Shown piece after piece: positions 19,327 to 28,547 of a stretch of 64,000 nucleotides of DNA (position 1 is its first letter; every line of letters starts with the position of its first letter). This DNA comes from an uncultured Ruminococcus sp. Its GTDB lineage: Bacteria; Bacillota; Clostridia; Oscillospirales; Ruminococcaceae. The DNA is taken from positions 4,963 to 68,962 of the forward strand of contig CAYZOV010000005.1 of NCBI GenBank assembly GCA_964480525.1. Reading direction: 5' to 3'. A program made the translations under genes and the position numbers. The notes under the pieces are model-generated. The model did not search any database, was not told where the DNA came from, and was given only the letters and a program-made list of their open reading frames with translations.

Positions 19327-21165
19327 TTACTCAACGGTAACGCTCTTTGCAAGATTTCGTGGCTTATCAACGTCCAAACCTCTTGCAACGCTCACATAAT
19401 ATCCCATAAGCTGAAGTGGAACAACAGCAAGGCTTGTTGCAAATCTTTCATCAGTTTTCGGAATATAAACTGTAAATTCTGCTGTGTCCTCAACGCTGTA
19501 ATTTCCGTATGTTGTAAGTCCCATAAGGTACGCACCACGGCTCTTTACCTCGACCATATTACTTAAGGTTTTTTCAAAAAGTGCCTGCTGTGTAAGAACA
19601 CCGATTACGAGAGTTCCGTTTTCAATAAGACTGATTGTGCCGTGCTTGAGTTCGCCTGCTGCGTAAGCTTCAGAATGAATATAGCTTATTTCTTTCATTT
19701 TAAGGCTTCCCTCAAGTGAAATAGCATAGTCAATTCCTCTGCCGATAAAGAATGCGTCCTGTGCATTTGAAAATTTAGAAGCAAACCACTGTATTCTCTC
19801 TTTATCGTCAAGAATTTTCTCAATTTTAGACGGGATAGTTTTAATTTCCTCAATGAGGTTTTTGTATTCAACTTCGTCAATTTGATTTCTAACATATGCA
19901 AATTTCATCGCAAGCATATAGCAAGCCACAAGCTGTGTGCTGTAAGCCTTTGTTGTTGCAACGGCAATTTCAGGCCCTGCAAGGGTATAGAAAACATTAT
20001 CTGCCTCTCGTGCAATAGACGAACCGACAACATTTACAATGCCTAGTGTCTTAATTCCACGGCTTTTTGCTTCTCTTAGGGCTGCAAGGCTGTCTGCTGT
20101 TTCACCTGACTGGCTGATAATTATTACAAGGCTGTTTGGGTCGATAATAGGATTTCTGTATCTAAATTCAGAAGCAAGCTCCACCCTAACAGGAATTTTA
20201 GCCAAATCCTCAATAACATACTGTGCCACAACTCCAACGTGATAAGCCGAACCACACGCTACAATTTGAATTTGCGAGATATTTTTAATTTCGTCATCTG
20301 TAAGACCGATTTCCGAAAGGTCAACGGTATCATTTTTGATAATTGAGTTAATTGTATCCAAAACTGCTTTTGGCTGTTCATGGATTTCTTTCATCATAAA
20401 ATGCTCAAATCCGCCCTTTTCAGCAGCCTCGGCGTCCCACTTGATTTCGGTAAGTTCCTTTGTAATTTCTTCTTTGTCAATGTTGTAGAAAGTTACATTT
20501 CCCTTTTCAAGCTTAGCAATTTCCATATTGCCGATATAATAAACGTTTCTGCAATATTTTAAAATAGCCGGCACGTCTGACGCAAGGTAGGTTTCCCCGT
20601 CCTGTACGCCGATTATCATTGGGCTATCCTTTCTAGCCACATAAATTTGTTCAGGAAAATCCTTAAACAAAACAGCCAAAGCATAAGAACCTCTTATTCT
20701 CATCATCGAACGAGCCAACGCCTCAACAGGGTCGCTGTTGTACTTTTTATAGTAGTAGTCAACAAGCTTTACGGCAATTTCGGTATCGGTTTGGGAATAA
20801 AATGTATAGCCGTTTTTTGTAAGTTTAGTTTTAAGTTCCTGATAATTTTCAATAATTCCGTTATGTACGGCAATAACCTCACCGTCGTCACTTGAATGAG
20901 GGTGTGCGTTATCCTCGGACGGCTCACCGTGGGTCGCCCAACGAGTATGACCTATACCGCAAGTACCTTTCATCGAAAGTCCGTCGTTTGTTTTTTCAGC
21001 AAGCACTTTTAGTCTGCCCTTTGCTTTTACGACGTCTGCGTCGTCATTCCCGTTTCTGACAGCAAGACCTGCCGAATCATAACCTCTGTATTCCAGTTTT
21101 GCAAGACCGTCAAGCAAAATCGGAGCAGCCTGTTTTGTTCCTGTAAAACCAACAATTCCACACAT
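19327..21165 (-). CDS. glmS: Glutamine--fructose-6-phosphate aminotransferase
   Basis: 612 aa. MCGIVG Ntn nucleophile, two SIS domains, C-terminal ...KSVTVE. Confidence 0.96.
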   Translation of the reverse strand: MCGIVGFTGTKQAAPILLDGLAKLEYRGYDSAGLAVRNGNDDADVVKAKGRLKVLAEKTNDGLSMKGTCGIGHTRWATHGEPSEDNAHPHSSDDGEVIAVHNGIIENYQELKTKLTKNGYTFYSQTDTEIAVKLVDYYYKKYNSDPVEALARSMMRIRGSYALAVLFKDFPEQIYVARKDSPMIIGVQDGETYLASDVPAILKYCRNVYYIGNMEIAKLEKGNVTFYNIDKEEITKELTEIKWDAEAAEKGGFEHFMMKEIHEQPKAVLDTINSIIKNDTVDLSEIGLTDDEIKNISQIQIVACGSAYHVGVVAQYVIEDLAKIPVRVELASEFRYRNPIIDPNSLVIIISQSGETADSLAALREAKSRGIKTLGIVNVVGSSIAREADNVFYTLAGPEIAVATTKAYSTQLVACYMLAMKFAYVRNQIDEVEYKNLIEEIKTIPSKIEKILDDKERIQWFASKFSNAQDAFFIGRGIDYAISLEGSLKMKEISYIHSEAYAAGELKHGTISLIENGTLVIGVLTQQALFEKTLSNMVEVKSRGAYLMGLTTYGNYSVEDTAEFTVYIPKTDERFATSLAVVPLQLMGYYVSVARGLDVDKPRNLAKSVTVE

Positions 21166-21208
21166 AATATAATCTCCTTTAATTTTTTATAAATTTAAAG
21201 CTATCATT

Positions 21209-21237
21209 ATAATAACACAAATATATGATAATTGCAA
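21209..21237 (-). promoter_or_regulatory. glmS promoter
   Basis: TTGCAA, 17 nt, TGtTATTAT. Leaves only about 37 nt of 5' UTR. Confidence 0.5.
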
Positions 21238-21405
21238 GAAAAAAATTTCAAATAATCAGAATAAATTGCAATTTGATACAATTCGTAAATAATTATTCTA
21301 AATTTGTAACGCTTTTAACTAATCTGTATCTGAATTGTAACTTGCATTGCTATACAAACTATGATACACTAAAATTATACAAAAAACAATAAGAGGCGAC
21401 AAAAA

Positions 21406-22386
21406 ATGAAACGACAAAAATTATTACTACTGATTTTAACTACGGCGTTGTTGTGCGGTTGTTCCTACGCCGACGACAAAGACGCACCCAAAAATTCTGT
21501 TTCGACAATAACCACAACACAATCACAAACGCAAACTGTGACAACATCAAATGTTACTGTTGTTGTTCCGTCTGATACAACTGTCAAAACGCTTATGACA
21601 ACGACCACAACAACACCGCAAACAACCCCAAAGCCTACTACCACCACAACAAAACAAACAACTACTACGCCGAAACCCACAACTACGACTAAGAAAGTAA
21701 CAACCACAACTGTTACTACTAAAAAGAATACAACTACCACAACAAAAAAGTTGGTGATTCCTGACATTCCAAAGGAAAATGCTTTCTTCGACGACGCAAT
21801 TTTTATAGGCGACAGCGTTTCGTATAAATTGCAATTATTTAACATGAGTGAAATAAACAAAGGAAACTATCCTTTAGGAAAAGCCACATTTTTTACAGCG
21901 GGTAGTTTTTCTTGGACAAACTCTTTGTGGGATATAAACGACAAAAACGCTGTTCACCCTATGCTGAACGGAAAGAAAATGGGAATTGCAGACGCTATAA
22001 AAAATTCCAATGCAAAAAAAGCGTATATAATGCTGGGAATGAACGATATTGCTGGCTATGGCATTGACAAAGCCGTACAAAATGCAACGAAAGTTCTAGA
22101 CCAGATTGATGAAAAAAATCCCGACGTAACAATTTACATAGAATCTGTTACACCAATAATCAAAGGCAAAGAACACGGAAGATTTACCAACGAAAACATA
22201 CACAAATTCAATCAGAGAATGAAAGAAATTTGCGAACAAAGAGGATATATTTTCCTTGATTTAAACACGGTAATGGGCGGAGATTATCTTATTCCGCAAT
22301 ACTGTGGCGACCCTGATTCTATGGGTATACATTTTACAAATTTCGCTTGCAAAGTTTGGATTGATTATTTAACTAAAAACGAATAG
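21406..22386 (+). CDS. Lipoprotein with Thr-rich linker and SGNH/GDSL hydrolase domain
   Basis: 326 aa. Lipobox LLCGCS, about 80-aa poly-T/K/P linker, FIGDSVS block I, GMNDI block III. Confidence 0.75.
   Translation: MKRQKLLLLILTTALLCGCSYADDKDAPKNSVSTITTTQSQTQTVTTSNVTVVVPSDTTVKTLMTTTTTTPQTTPKPTTTTTKQTTTTPKPTTTTKKVTTTTVTTKKNTTTTTKKLVIPDIPKENAFFDDAIFIGDSVSYKLQLFNMSEINKGNYPLGKATFFTAGSFSWTNSLWDINDKNAVHPMLNGKKMGIADAIKNSNAKKAYIMLGMNDIAGYGIDKAVQNATKVLDQIDEKNPDVTIYIESVTPIIKGKEHGRFTNENIHKFNQRMKEICEQRGYIFLDLNTVMGGDYLIPQYCGDPDSMGIHFTNFACKVWIDYLTKNE
21502..21750 (+). repeat. Low-complexity Thr/Lys/Pro linker coding region (ACN-rich imperfect repeats)
   Basis: aa 33-115 of the SGNH lipoprotein are more than 55% Thr, with a TTTTxKPTTTT periodicity. 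Confidence 0.85.
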
Positions 22387-22396
22387 GAGAAATTAA

Positions 22397-22927
22397 ATGA
22401 AAAAAATTATTACTTTAGCAATTTGTTTACTGGCGTGTTTTTCCCTTGCAGCCTGCCAAAACGATGACAAAGAATCGTCAATTGACAGTTCTTCCGAAAT
22501 AAGTTCAACCACCGACAACAACTCCGAAAACGCCGAAAAAGAATTTGACATACCTAAAATCATGGACGAAATAAATTCCAAATTCACTTTAAACAACGTA
22601 ACCAGACTTGACGACACTATGTTTTTGGACGTAATGTACGGTATTCAGGCCGAGGACGTTAAACAATTCGGAATGATGATAAACGAAACGGGCATTTCAG
22701 CAGACGAAATAATCATCATTGAGGGGGTCGATTCTGACGCTGCAGCAAGAATTTTTGAAAAAATATCAAATTGGTACACCTCAAAAGGTGTTCAGATGAA
22801 AGATTATATTCCCGAAGAATATGAAAAAATCGAAAAATGCCAGGTTCACAAAAACGAAAACGTCGTTTATATGATAGTTTTAGACAACCACAAAGAAGTT
22901 GAAGAATTGGTAGAAAGTTATTTATAA
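22397..22927 (+). CDS. DUF4358-like lipoprotein
   Basis: 176 aa. Lipobox SLAAC and a pattern typical of clostridial DUF4358 (..ISADEIIIIEGVDSDAAARI..). Lies 10 nt after the SGNH gene. Confidence 0.6.
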   Translation: MKKIITLAICLLACFSLAACQNDDKESSIDSSSEISSTTDNNSENAEKEFDIPKIMDEINSKFTLNNVTRLDDTMFLDVMYGIQAEDVKQFGMMINETGISADEIIIIEGVDSDAAARIFEKISNWYTSKGVQMKDYIPEEYEKIEKCQVHKNENVVYMIVLDNHKEVEELVESYL

Positions 22928-22944
22928 TTAAATAAAATAGCTAT

Positions 22945-22978
22945 AAAAAAAGAGTAACATTGTCGTTACTCTTTTTTG
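22945..22978. terminator. Bidirectional terminator between the DUF4358 gene and the ABC exporter (convergent)
   Basis: AAAAAA-AGAGTAAC-loop-GTTACTCT-TTTTTT. Confidence 0.8.
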
Positions 22979-22998
22979 TTTGCAAAATACTATTTAAT

Positions 22999-24678
22999 CT
23001 ATAAGTCTACATAGATGTTATTTTCTTCAAAATGCACATTTTTGTTGCAAATTTCCAATGCGGCAGGTCGGTGCGTAACAATCAAAACAGTTTTGTTTGT
23101 CATGTTTTTGATATTTTCCAAAAGCTGTTTTTCGTTTTTTTCATCTAACGAACTGGTGGCTTCGTCAAGAAGCAAAATCGGAGCATTTGAATATATTGCT
23201 CTTGCTATGGCAATACGCTGTATTTGTCCCTCGGATAGCCCCGAACCACGTTCTCCAAGCAAGGTTTCTATTCCGTTTTCAAGCTCATTTACAAATTCTT
23301 CCGCACACGCAATTTTTAATGCAAAACGGATTCGTTCTTCGTCTGCTTCACCGCTTGCAAAAGTTATAACATCTTTAATCGTGCCGTTCATCAAATGATT
23401 TTCCTGCGGAACATAAGCAAAAAGCCTATGCCATTTACCTGTAAGCGGTATTTCTTTGTTATCATTTGCACAAATTGTAATCTCACCGCTGTCACAATGA
23501 TACAAGCACATCAAAAGTTTTAAAAGCGTTGATTTTCCGCAACCCGATTGACCCGTAAAGGCAACATTTTCTCCTTTTTTAATTGTCAAAGACAGGTTAT
23601 TTATAACACTTTGATTACCGTCGTCGTCATATTTAAAGAATACATTTTTTACGTTGATTGAACAGAACTTCTCGTCATAAAAACGCTGAATTTCGTCACA
23701 GTCAATTGGTTCTTCCACACAGTCGTCGGGAAAATCTTCGGCTTCTTTCAGCCTTTCGGCGCTGGCAGTCATGGAATAAAACTTTGGCAGATACCCAGTA
23801 ATATTTGCAAAAGGCGACTGAATTTGTGAAATAAGTTGTAAAACAGCCGTCAACGTTCCGTAGGTTACGGTTCCGTTGATTATCCCCAATGCACAATATG
23901 CAAAACCAATAAGGTACATTCCGTTCATGGCAGACGAAAAACCGATATTACATACATTAGAGAAAGTATTGCGCTTCATTCTGGCTTTTTTGTGGTCAGC
24001 CATTTTGTCTAATCCCTGTTGTGTTGTGACTTTTTCGGCACAAAAACTTTTTACAATAATAAGACTGCTAAGGCGTTCCTGCAGAAAAATACGCAAATCC
24101 CCGTCTTTTTCCTGAATTGATTTATGAAGCTTTTTCAGAATTTTTCTAAAAGCATATGTGAAAAATATCAGCAATAACCCGCACGGAATCAACACCATAA
24201 CAAACCGTGGTTCAATTATCGTCAGCATAACAAAAGCGCCAATCATTTTAACAACCATTCCCGTAATTCCGGGAATAATGTCAACTGTAGAATCTGCGGT
24301 AATTTTTGTATCTGACGTCAGGCGGTTTATCCATTCTCCGGAATGAATATTTTTAACGCTGGCATAATCTTTTTTTAATAAAGTATCAAAAAGTCTTGAT
24401 TTAAGGGTGTTTTCAATTGACGACCTAGAAAGTTCTTCAAGACAACGTACAACCGCACGAAGCAAAATTTGCGTCAACACCAGTCCGATAATTAACCCTA
24501 AAGTTACAAAGAACTCGTTCTTTTTTCCTTTGCTTGCTTCGTCAATTCCGTTTCTTAACAGCAAGGCGTAAACCACTCCGCTTGCACCAAGCAAGCCCTG
24601 AACAAATGCCAAAAGTAAAATATTAAGTTTACGCTTCCCCACAACGTCCGAAAGCCATTTAATCGTGTTATTTTTCAT
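22999..24678 (-). CDS. ABC exporter, fused permease/ATPase (type I half-transporter)
   Basis: 559 aa. 6-TM N-terminal domain, GQSGCGKST Walker A, LSEGQIQRIAIARA signature, LLLDEATS Walker B. Confidence 0.88.
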   Translation of the reverse strand: MKNNTIKWLSDVVGKRKLNILLLAFVQGLLGASGVVYALLLRNGIDEASKGKKNEFFVTLGLIIGLVLTQILLRAVVRCLEELSRSSIENTLKSRLFDTLLKKDYASVKNIHSGEWINRLTSDTKITADSTVDIIPGITGMVVKMIGAFVMLTIIEPRFVMVLIPCGLLLIFFTYAFRKILKKLHKSIQEKDGDLRIFLQERLSSLIIVKSFCAEKVTTQQGLDKMADHKKARMKRNTFSNVCNIGFSSAMNGMYLIGFAYCALGIINGTVTYGTLTAVLQLISQIQSPFANITGYLPKFYSMTASAERLKEAEDFPDDCVEEPIDCDEIQRFYDEKFCSINVKNVFFKYDDDGNQSVINNLSLTIKKGENVAFTGQSGCGKSTLLKLLMCLYHCDSGEITICANDNKEIPLTGKWHRLFAYVPQENHLMNGTIKDVITFASGEADEERIRFALKIACAEEFVNELENGIETLLGERGSGLSEGQIQRIAIARAIYSNAPILLLDEATSSLDEKNEKQLLENIKNMTNKTVLIVTHRPAALEICNKNVHFEENNIYVDL

Positions 24679-24698
24679 TAAAAAGTTCCTTAGTAAAG

Positions 24699-26360
24699 TT
24701 ATTTTACAGAATCCAACATTTCTTCTGCATTTTTTAACAACAAATCTGACGCAGAATCTCCGCCCATTATTCTGGCAATTTCCTTAATTCTGCCCTGCTT
24801 GTCCAATGTATTAACGTCAGTAACGGTTCTTTGTTCGACAAGATTTTTTTCGATAAGCAAATGATTATCGCCCATAACGGCAATCTGTGCCAAATGCGTA
24901 ACGCACAAAACCTGTCTGTGACGTGATATTTCACGAAGTTTTAAACCGATTTTTTGCGCCGCACGACCGCTGACGCCGGTGTCAATTTCGTCAAAAATAA
25001 GGGTCGGAATATCGTCTTTTTGGGCAATTACATTTTTTAGCGCAAGCATTATTCTGGAAAGTTCACCGCCCGACGCAATCTTTGCAATAGGTTTAGGTTC
25101 TTCGCCGATATTTGCGGAAATAAGAAATTCTACAGTATCCATTCCTTTTGCCGTCAGTTTGCCTATTGTTTGACTAACAATTATTTTTACGTTTGGCATA
25201 TTTAAAAATTCCAGTTCGCCCGCAACCCTCGAAACGAAAACTTCGCCCACGGCTTTTCTCATTTCGGACAAAACTTTTGCTTTTTTTGTTACCTCAGACA
25301 AAAGAGCCTGTCGCTGTTCGTAAAGTTTTTTCAAGTTACTGTCGTCGTTTTCCAAACTTTCAAGTTCGGTTTTTGATTCTTCCAAAGTTTTCAGAACATC
25401 ATCAAGGCTTGTACCGTATTTTTTTATGATTTTTCTTAATTCTTCACGTCTTTCAGACAAATAATCAAACCTTTGTGGGTTTAAATCCAACGAATTAAGT
25501 ATGCCGAAAAGTTCGGCTGAAATATCTCCCACTTCGATAGAAACAGCATTGATTCTGTCGGATATTTCGGAAAACTTTTTGTGTAAATCCGAATTATATG
25601 AAATATTGTTTTTGGCTTCGTTAAGAAATGAATCAATACCTTTTTCGTCGTCCGTACCTGTTAAAATCGACGTCGTGTCCAAAACAGTCTGCCTTATAGA
25701 AGCCGAATTTTTCAAAAGCTGAAATTCTTCTTCAACTTCTTCATCTTCATTATCGTATATTTTCAATGCTTCTATTTCTTCGATAATTTCTTTCAGTTCG
25801 TAAATTCTCTTATTTTTATTGCCCTCATTCAGGCTGACCTGCTTAATTTTTCTTGAAATATTTTGAAGTTCTCTAAATTTTATTTGGTATTCTTCAACGT
25901 CGTTTTCAAGTTCACCGAAAGCGTCCAGAATATCAATATGTTTTTCGGGTGCAAGCAAAATCTGGTTGTCGTGCTGACCGTGAATATTAACCAAAAGACT
26001 GCCTATTTCACGCAAAATCGCCACATTTGTCGTTCTTGAATTTATTCTTGCAACACTTCCGCCGTCGCTGCTGATTTCACGGCAAAGTAAAATTTCTCCG
26101 TCGTATAAATCAATCCCTAAGTTTTTGATTTTTTCTGTTTTTTTATCGTCTACGCTGAATAATGCTGAAATAACGGCTTTTTTGCAACCGTTTCGTACTA
26201 TGTCTTTTGTAATTCGCTGTCCCAAAACAGCGTTTATTCCGTTAATGAGAATAGATTTTCCCGCACCTGTTTCGCCTGTGAAAACATTCAGTCCGTTTTC
26301 AAAAGAAATAACGGCTTTTTCAATAACTGCCAAATTTTCGATATATAGTTCTTTAAGCAT
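24699..26360 (-). CDS. recN: DNA repair protein RecN
   Basis: 553 aa. TGETGAGKS Walker A, long coiled coil, SGGELSRIMLALK, IFDEIDTG. Confidence 0.95.
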   Translation of the reverse strand: MLKELYIENLAVIEKAVISFENGLNVFTGETGAGKSILINGINAVLGQRITKDIVRNGCKKAVISALFSVDDKKTEKIKNLGIDLYDGEILLCREISSDGGSVARINSRTTNVAILREIGSLLVNIHGQHDNQILLAPEKHIDILDAFGELENDVEEYQIKFRELQNISRKIKQVSLNEGNKNKRIYELKEIIEEIEALKIYDNEDEEVEEEFQLLKNSASIRQTVLDTTSILTGTDDEKGIDSFLNEAKNNISYNSDLHKKFSEISDRINAVSIEVGDISAELFGILNSLDLNPQRFDYLSERREELRKIIKKYGTSLDDVLKTLEESKTELESLENDDSNLKKLYEQRQALLSEVTKKAKVLSEMRKAVGEVFVSRVAGELEFLNMPNVKIIVSQTIGKLTAKGMDTVEFLISANIGEEPKPIAKIASGGELSRIMLALKNVIAQKDDIPTLIFDEIDTGVSGRAAQKIGLKLREISRHRQVLCVTHLAQIAVMGDNHLLIEKNLVEQRTVTDVNTLDKQGRIKEIARIMGGDSASDLLLKNAEEMLDSVK

Positions 26361-26828
26361 TTATTTCACCTGCTTTGAAATTTCATTCATAGAATTATAA
26401 AAATCTACTGCGTCTTTTTCCGTTTTAAACAGAGCAAAAATTGTATCATCGCCCGCAATAGTACCTACAAGTGCTTCGTAACCTGTTTTGTCAAGTTTTG
26501 CACATACCGCCTGCGCCATTCCTGTGTGAGTTTTAATTACGACGGTATTCATCGCTATGTCAACCGTTGAACCCGACTGGATAAAAATATTTCTGAACAA
26601 ATCTTCTGCCGTAGGGTTTCTGTCTTTGGTCGAAAGTGGCATAACATATTTATAATGTCCGCCTGAACTTAAAGTTTTTACTAAGCAAAGTTCTTTAATA
26701 TCCCTAGAAATAGTCGCCTGCGTAACTTTCAATCCGTTTTCTTCAAGTCTTTGCTGGATAAGTTCCTGTACTCCGATTTCTTCTTCGGAAATTATCTTAA
26801 CAATCAGTTTTTGTCTTTCTTTTTTCAT
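26361..26828 (-). CDS. argR: Arginine repressor
   Basis: 155 aa. Winged-helix N-terminus (TQATISRDIKEL), GTIAGDDTIF C-terminal motif. Confidence 0.92.
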   Translation of the reverse strand: MKKERQKLIVKIISEEEIGVQELIQQRLEENGLKVTQATISRDIKELCLVKTLSSGGHYKYVMPLSTKDRNPTAEDLFRNIFIQSGSTVDIAMNTVVIKTHTGMAQAVCAKLDKTGYEALVGTIAGDDTIFALFKTEKDAVDFYNSMNEISKQVK

Positions 26829-27709
26829 TAGATTTTTTCCTCCGACGTTTCTTTAAAAGGTTGCATAAGTTTTCTGTTTACAGAAGTAAAAAAACTTCCG
26901 CCTTTAATGTCAACAATTTCTACAAAATTTTCAGATTTGAAAATCTTCACATTGTCGTCAGCACATAATTTGTCTACTTCTACGCCGTCAACATTTACAA
27001 GCACATTTGCGTTGTTATTCGTTTTAAAGCTAACATCAATTACTGAATTTTCGCTAAAAACCATTGACCTTGCAAAAAGCGAATGAGGGCAAATTTGCGT
27101 AAATTCGATACATTCCATATCAGGCTCGATTATCGGTCCTCCCGCCGACAATGAGTAAGCTGTCGCACCCGTAGGCGTTGAAAAAACAAGCCCGTCAGCT
27201 CGCAGAGAACTTATAATTTTACCGTTTTTTGAAACAGTAAAATCTGCAATTTTACAGCCGTAATCCTTAGTTATAACAACATCATTTAATGCACAATAGC
27301 TGTTACTTTCGCCATTTTTATATGTAATTTGAACATCAATCATCATTCGCTTGTCGAGAATGTATTTTCCGTTACAAAAATCGTTCAAAAGCTCCATTTC
27401 ATCGTGTTCAAGTGTCGCCATAAAGCCCAATCGCCCACAATTAAGCCCCAAAAGTGGTTTTTTGTACTTAATTGCATATCCTGAACAACGCAAAATTGTT
27501 CCGTCACCACCAACGGCAAAAATAAAATCGCACTTTGAAATAATTTCGTTATCATCGGTGAAATTTATATTCAAAACATTTTGAAATTCATTTTTGTACA
27601 CGCTGTTCATATAAATTGTGACGCCGTTTTCTATTAAAATATTGCAGGCGCTTATCGTGAAATTTTTGCAATTTTTTTTATTTAAATTTGGAAAAACAAA
27701 TATTTTCAT
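26828..27709 (-). CDS. nadK: NAD(+) kinase
   Basis: 293 aa. GGDGT motif and FSTPTGATAYSLSAGGP. Confidence 0.93.
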   Translation of the reverse strand: MKIFVFPNLNKKNCKNFTISACNILIENGVTIYMNSVYKNEFQNVLNINFTDDNEIISKCDFIFAVGGDGTILRCSGYAIKYKKPLLGLNCGRLGFMATLEHDEMELLNDFCNGKYILDKRMMIDVQITYKNGESNSYCALNDVVITKDYGCKIADFTVSKNGKIISSLRADGLVFSTPTGATAYSLSAGGPIIEPDMECIEFTQICPHSLFARSMVFSENSVIDVSFKTNNNANVLVNVDGVEVDKLCADDNVKIFKSENFVEIVDIKGGSFFTSVNRKLMQPFKETSEEKI

Positions 27710-27743
27710 AAAAACCTCCTACAAATTTTAATTGATTTTCGCA

Positions 27744-28547
27744 TTATTTCATAGCTTCAAAAGAATTAAAAACAAATTTTTTGACATCAAATCCCGACAA
27801 AAACGCTGTCTTTGGAGTTTCATTTTTTAATAATGCCAAATACTCGATATTGCCGTCACCACCCTTAATCGAAGAAACGGTTAAGCCCTCGACAGTCATC
27901 TGACTAGCCTCGATAAACGGCAAAAGCGTTGTCAAAAGCTCGATATGAGCAGATTTATCCTTGACAATACCACCCTTACCGATATGCTTTTTTCCCACCT
28001 CAAACTGTGGTTTTATGAGAATTACGGCAAATGCCTTGTCCTTTAAAAGTTCTTTAATTACGCTTATAGAATTTTTCACGGAAATAAACGAAAGGTCTGC
28101 CGTCACAAAATCCACCTTTTCGTTAGTATACTTAGTTGAAAATTCTTTTACGTTTATGCCCTCAAGGTTTATTACATTTGGATTTGTTAACAGAGATTTG
28201 TCAAGCTGGTCGTGACCCACGTCCACAGCATACACCTTTTTAGCTCCGTTTTGTAGCATACAATCCACAAAACCACCTGTTGACGCACCTAAATCAACAC
28301 AAACGCTGTTTGAAAAGTCGATTTTAAACTCATCTATCGCCTTTTCAAGCTTTAAACCGCCACGGCTAACGTATCTCAGCTGGTCGCCTATCACTTTAAT
28401 ATCGTCATAGTCGCTAACGCTAAAGCTAGGCTTTGTGATAATTTTTTCGTTTACACAAACGCCATTGTTTTTAATAATTTCCTTAGCTCTTTCACGGCTT
28501 TTTACTAAACCCTTTTCAACCACGGCACTGTCAAGTCGCATTTGCAT
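27744..28547 (-). CDS. tlyA: TlyA-family rRNA 2'-O-methyltransferase (S4 + FtsJ-like)
   Basis: 267 aa. RLD..VV..GL..SRERA S4 motif, DLGASTGGF SAM motif. Confidence 0.9.
   Translation of the reverse strand: MQMRLDSAVVEKGLVKSRERAKEIIKNNGVCVNEKIITKPSFSVSDYDDIKVIGDQLRYVSRGGLKLEKAIDEFKIDFSNSVCVDLGASTGGFVDCMLQNGAKKVYAVDVGHDQLDKSLLTNPNVINLEGINVKEFSTKYTNEKVDFVTADLSFISVKNSISVIKELLKDKAFAVILIKPQFEVGKKHIGKGGIVKDKSAHIELLTTLLPFIEASQMTVEGLTVSSIKGGDGNIEYLALLKNETPKTAFLSGFDVKKFVFNSFEAMK

Noticed and set aside
21465-21860. Minus-strand ORFs encoding poly-Val/Cys-rich peptides.
   Set aside because: They are mirror images of the Thr-rich (ACN) linker of the SGNH lipoprotein gene and are not independent genes.
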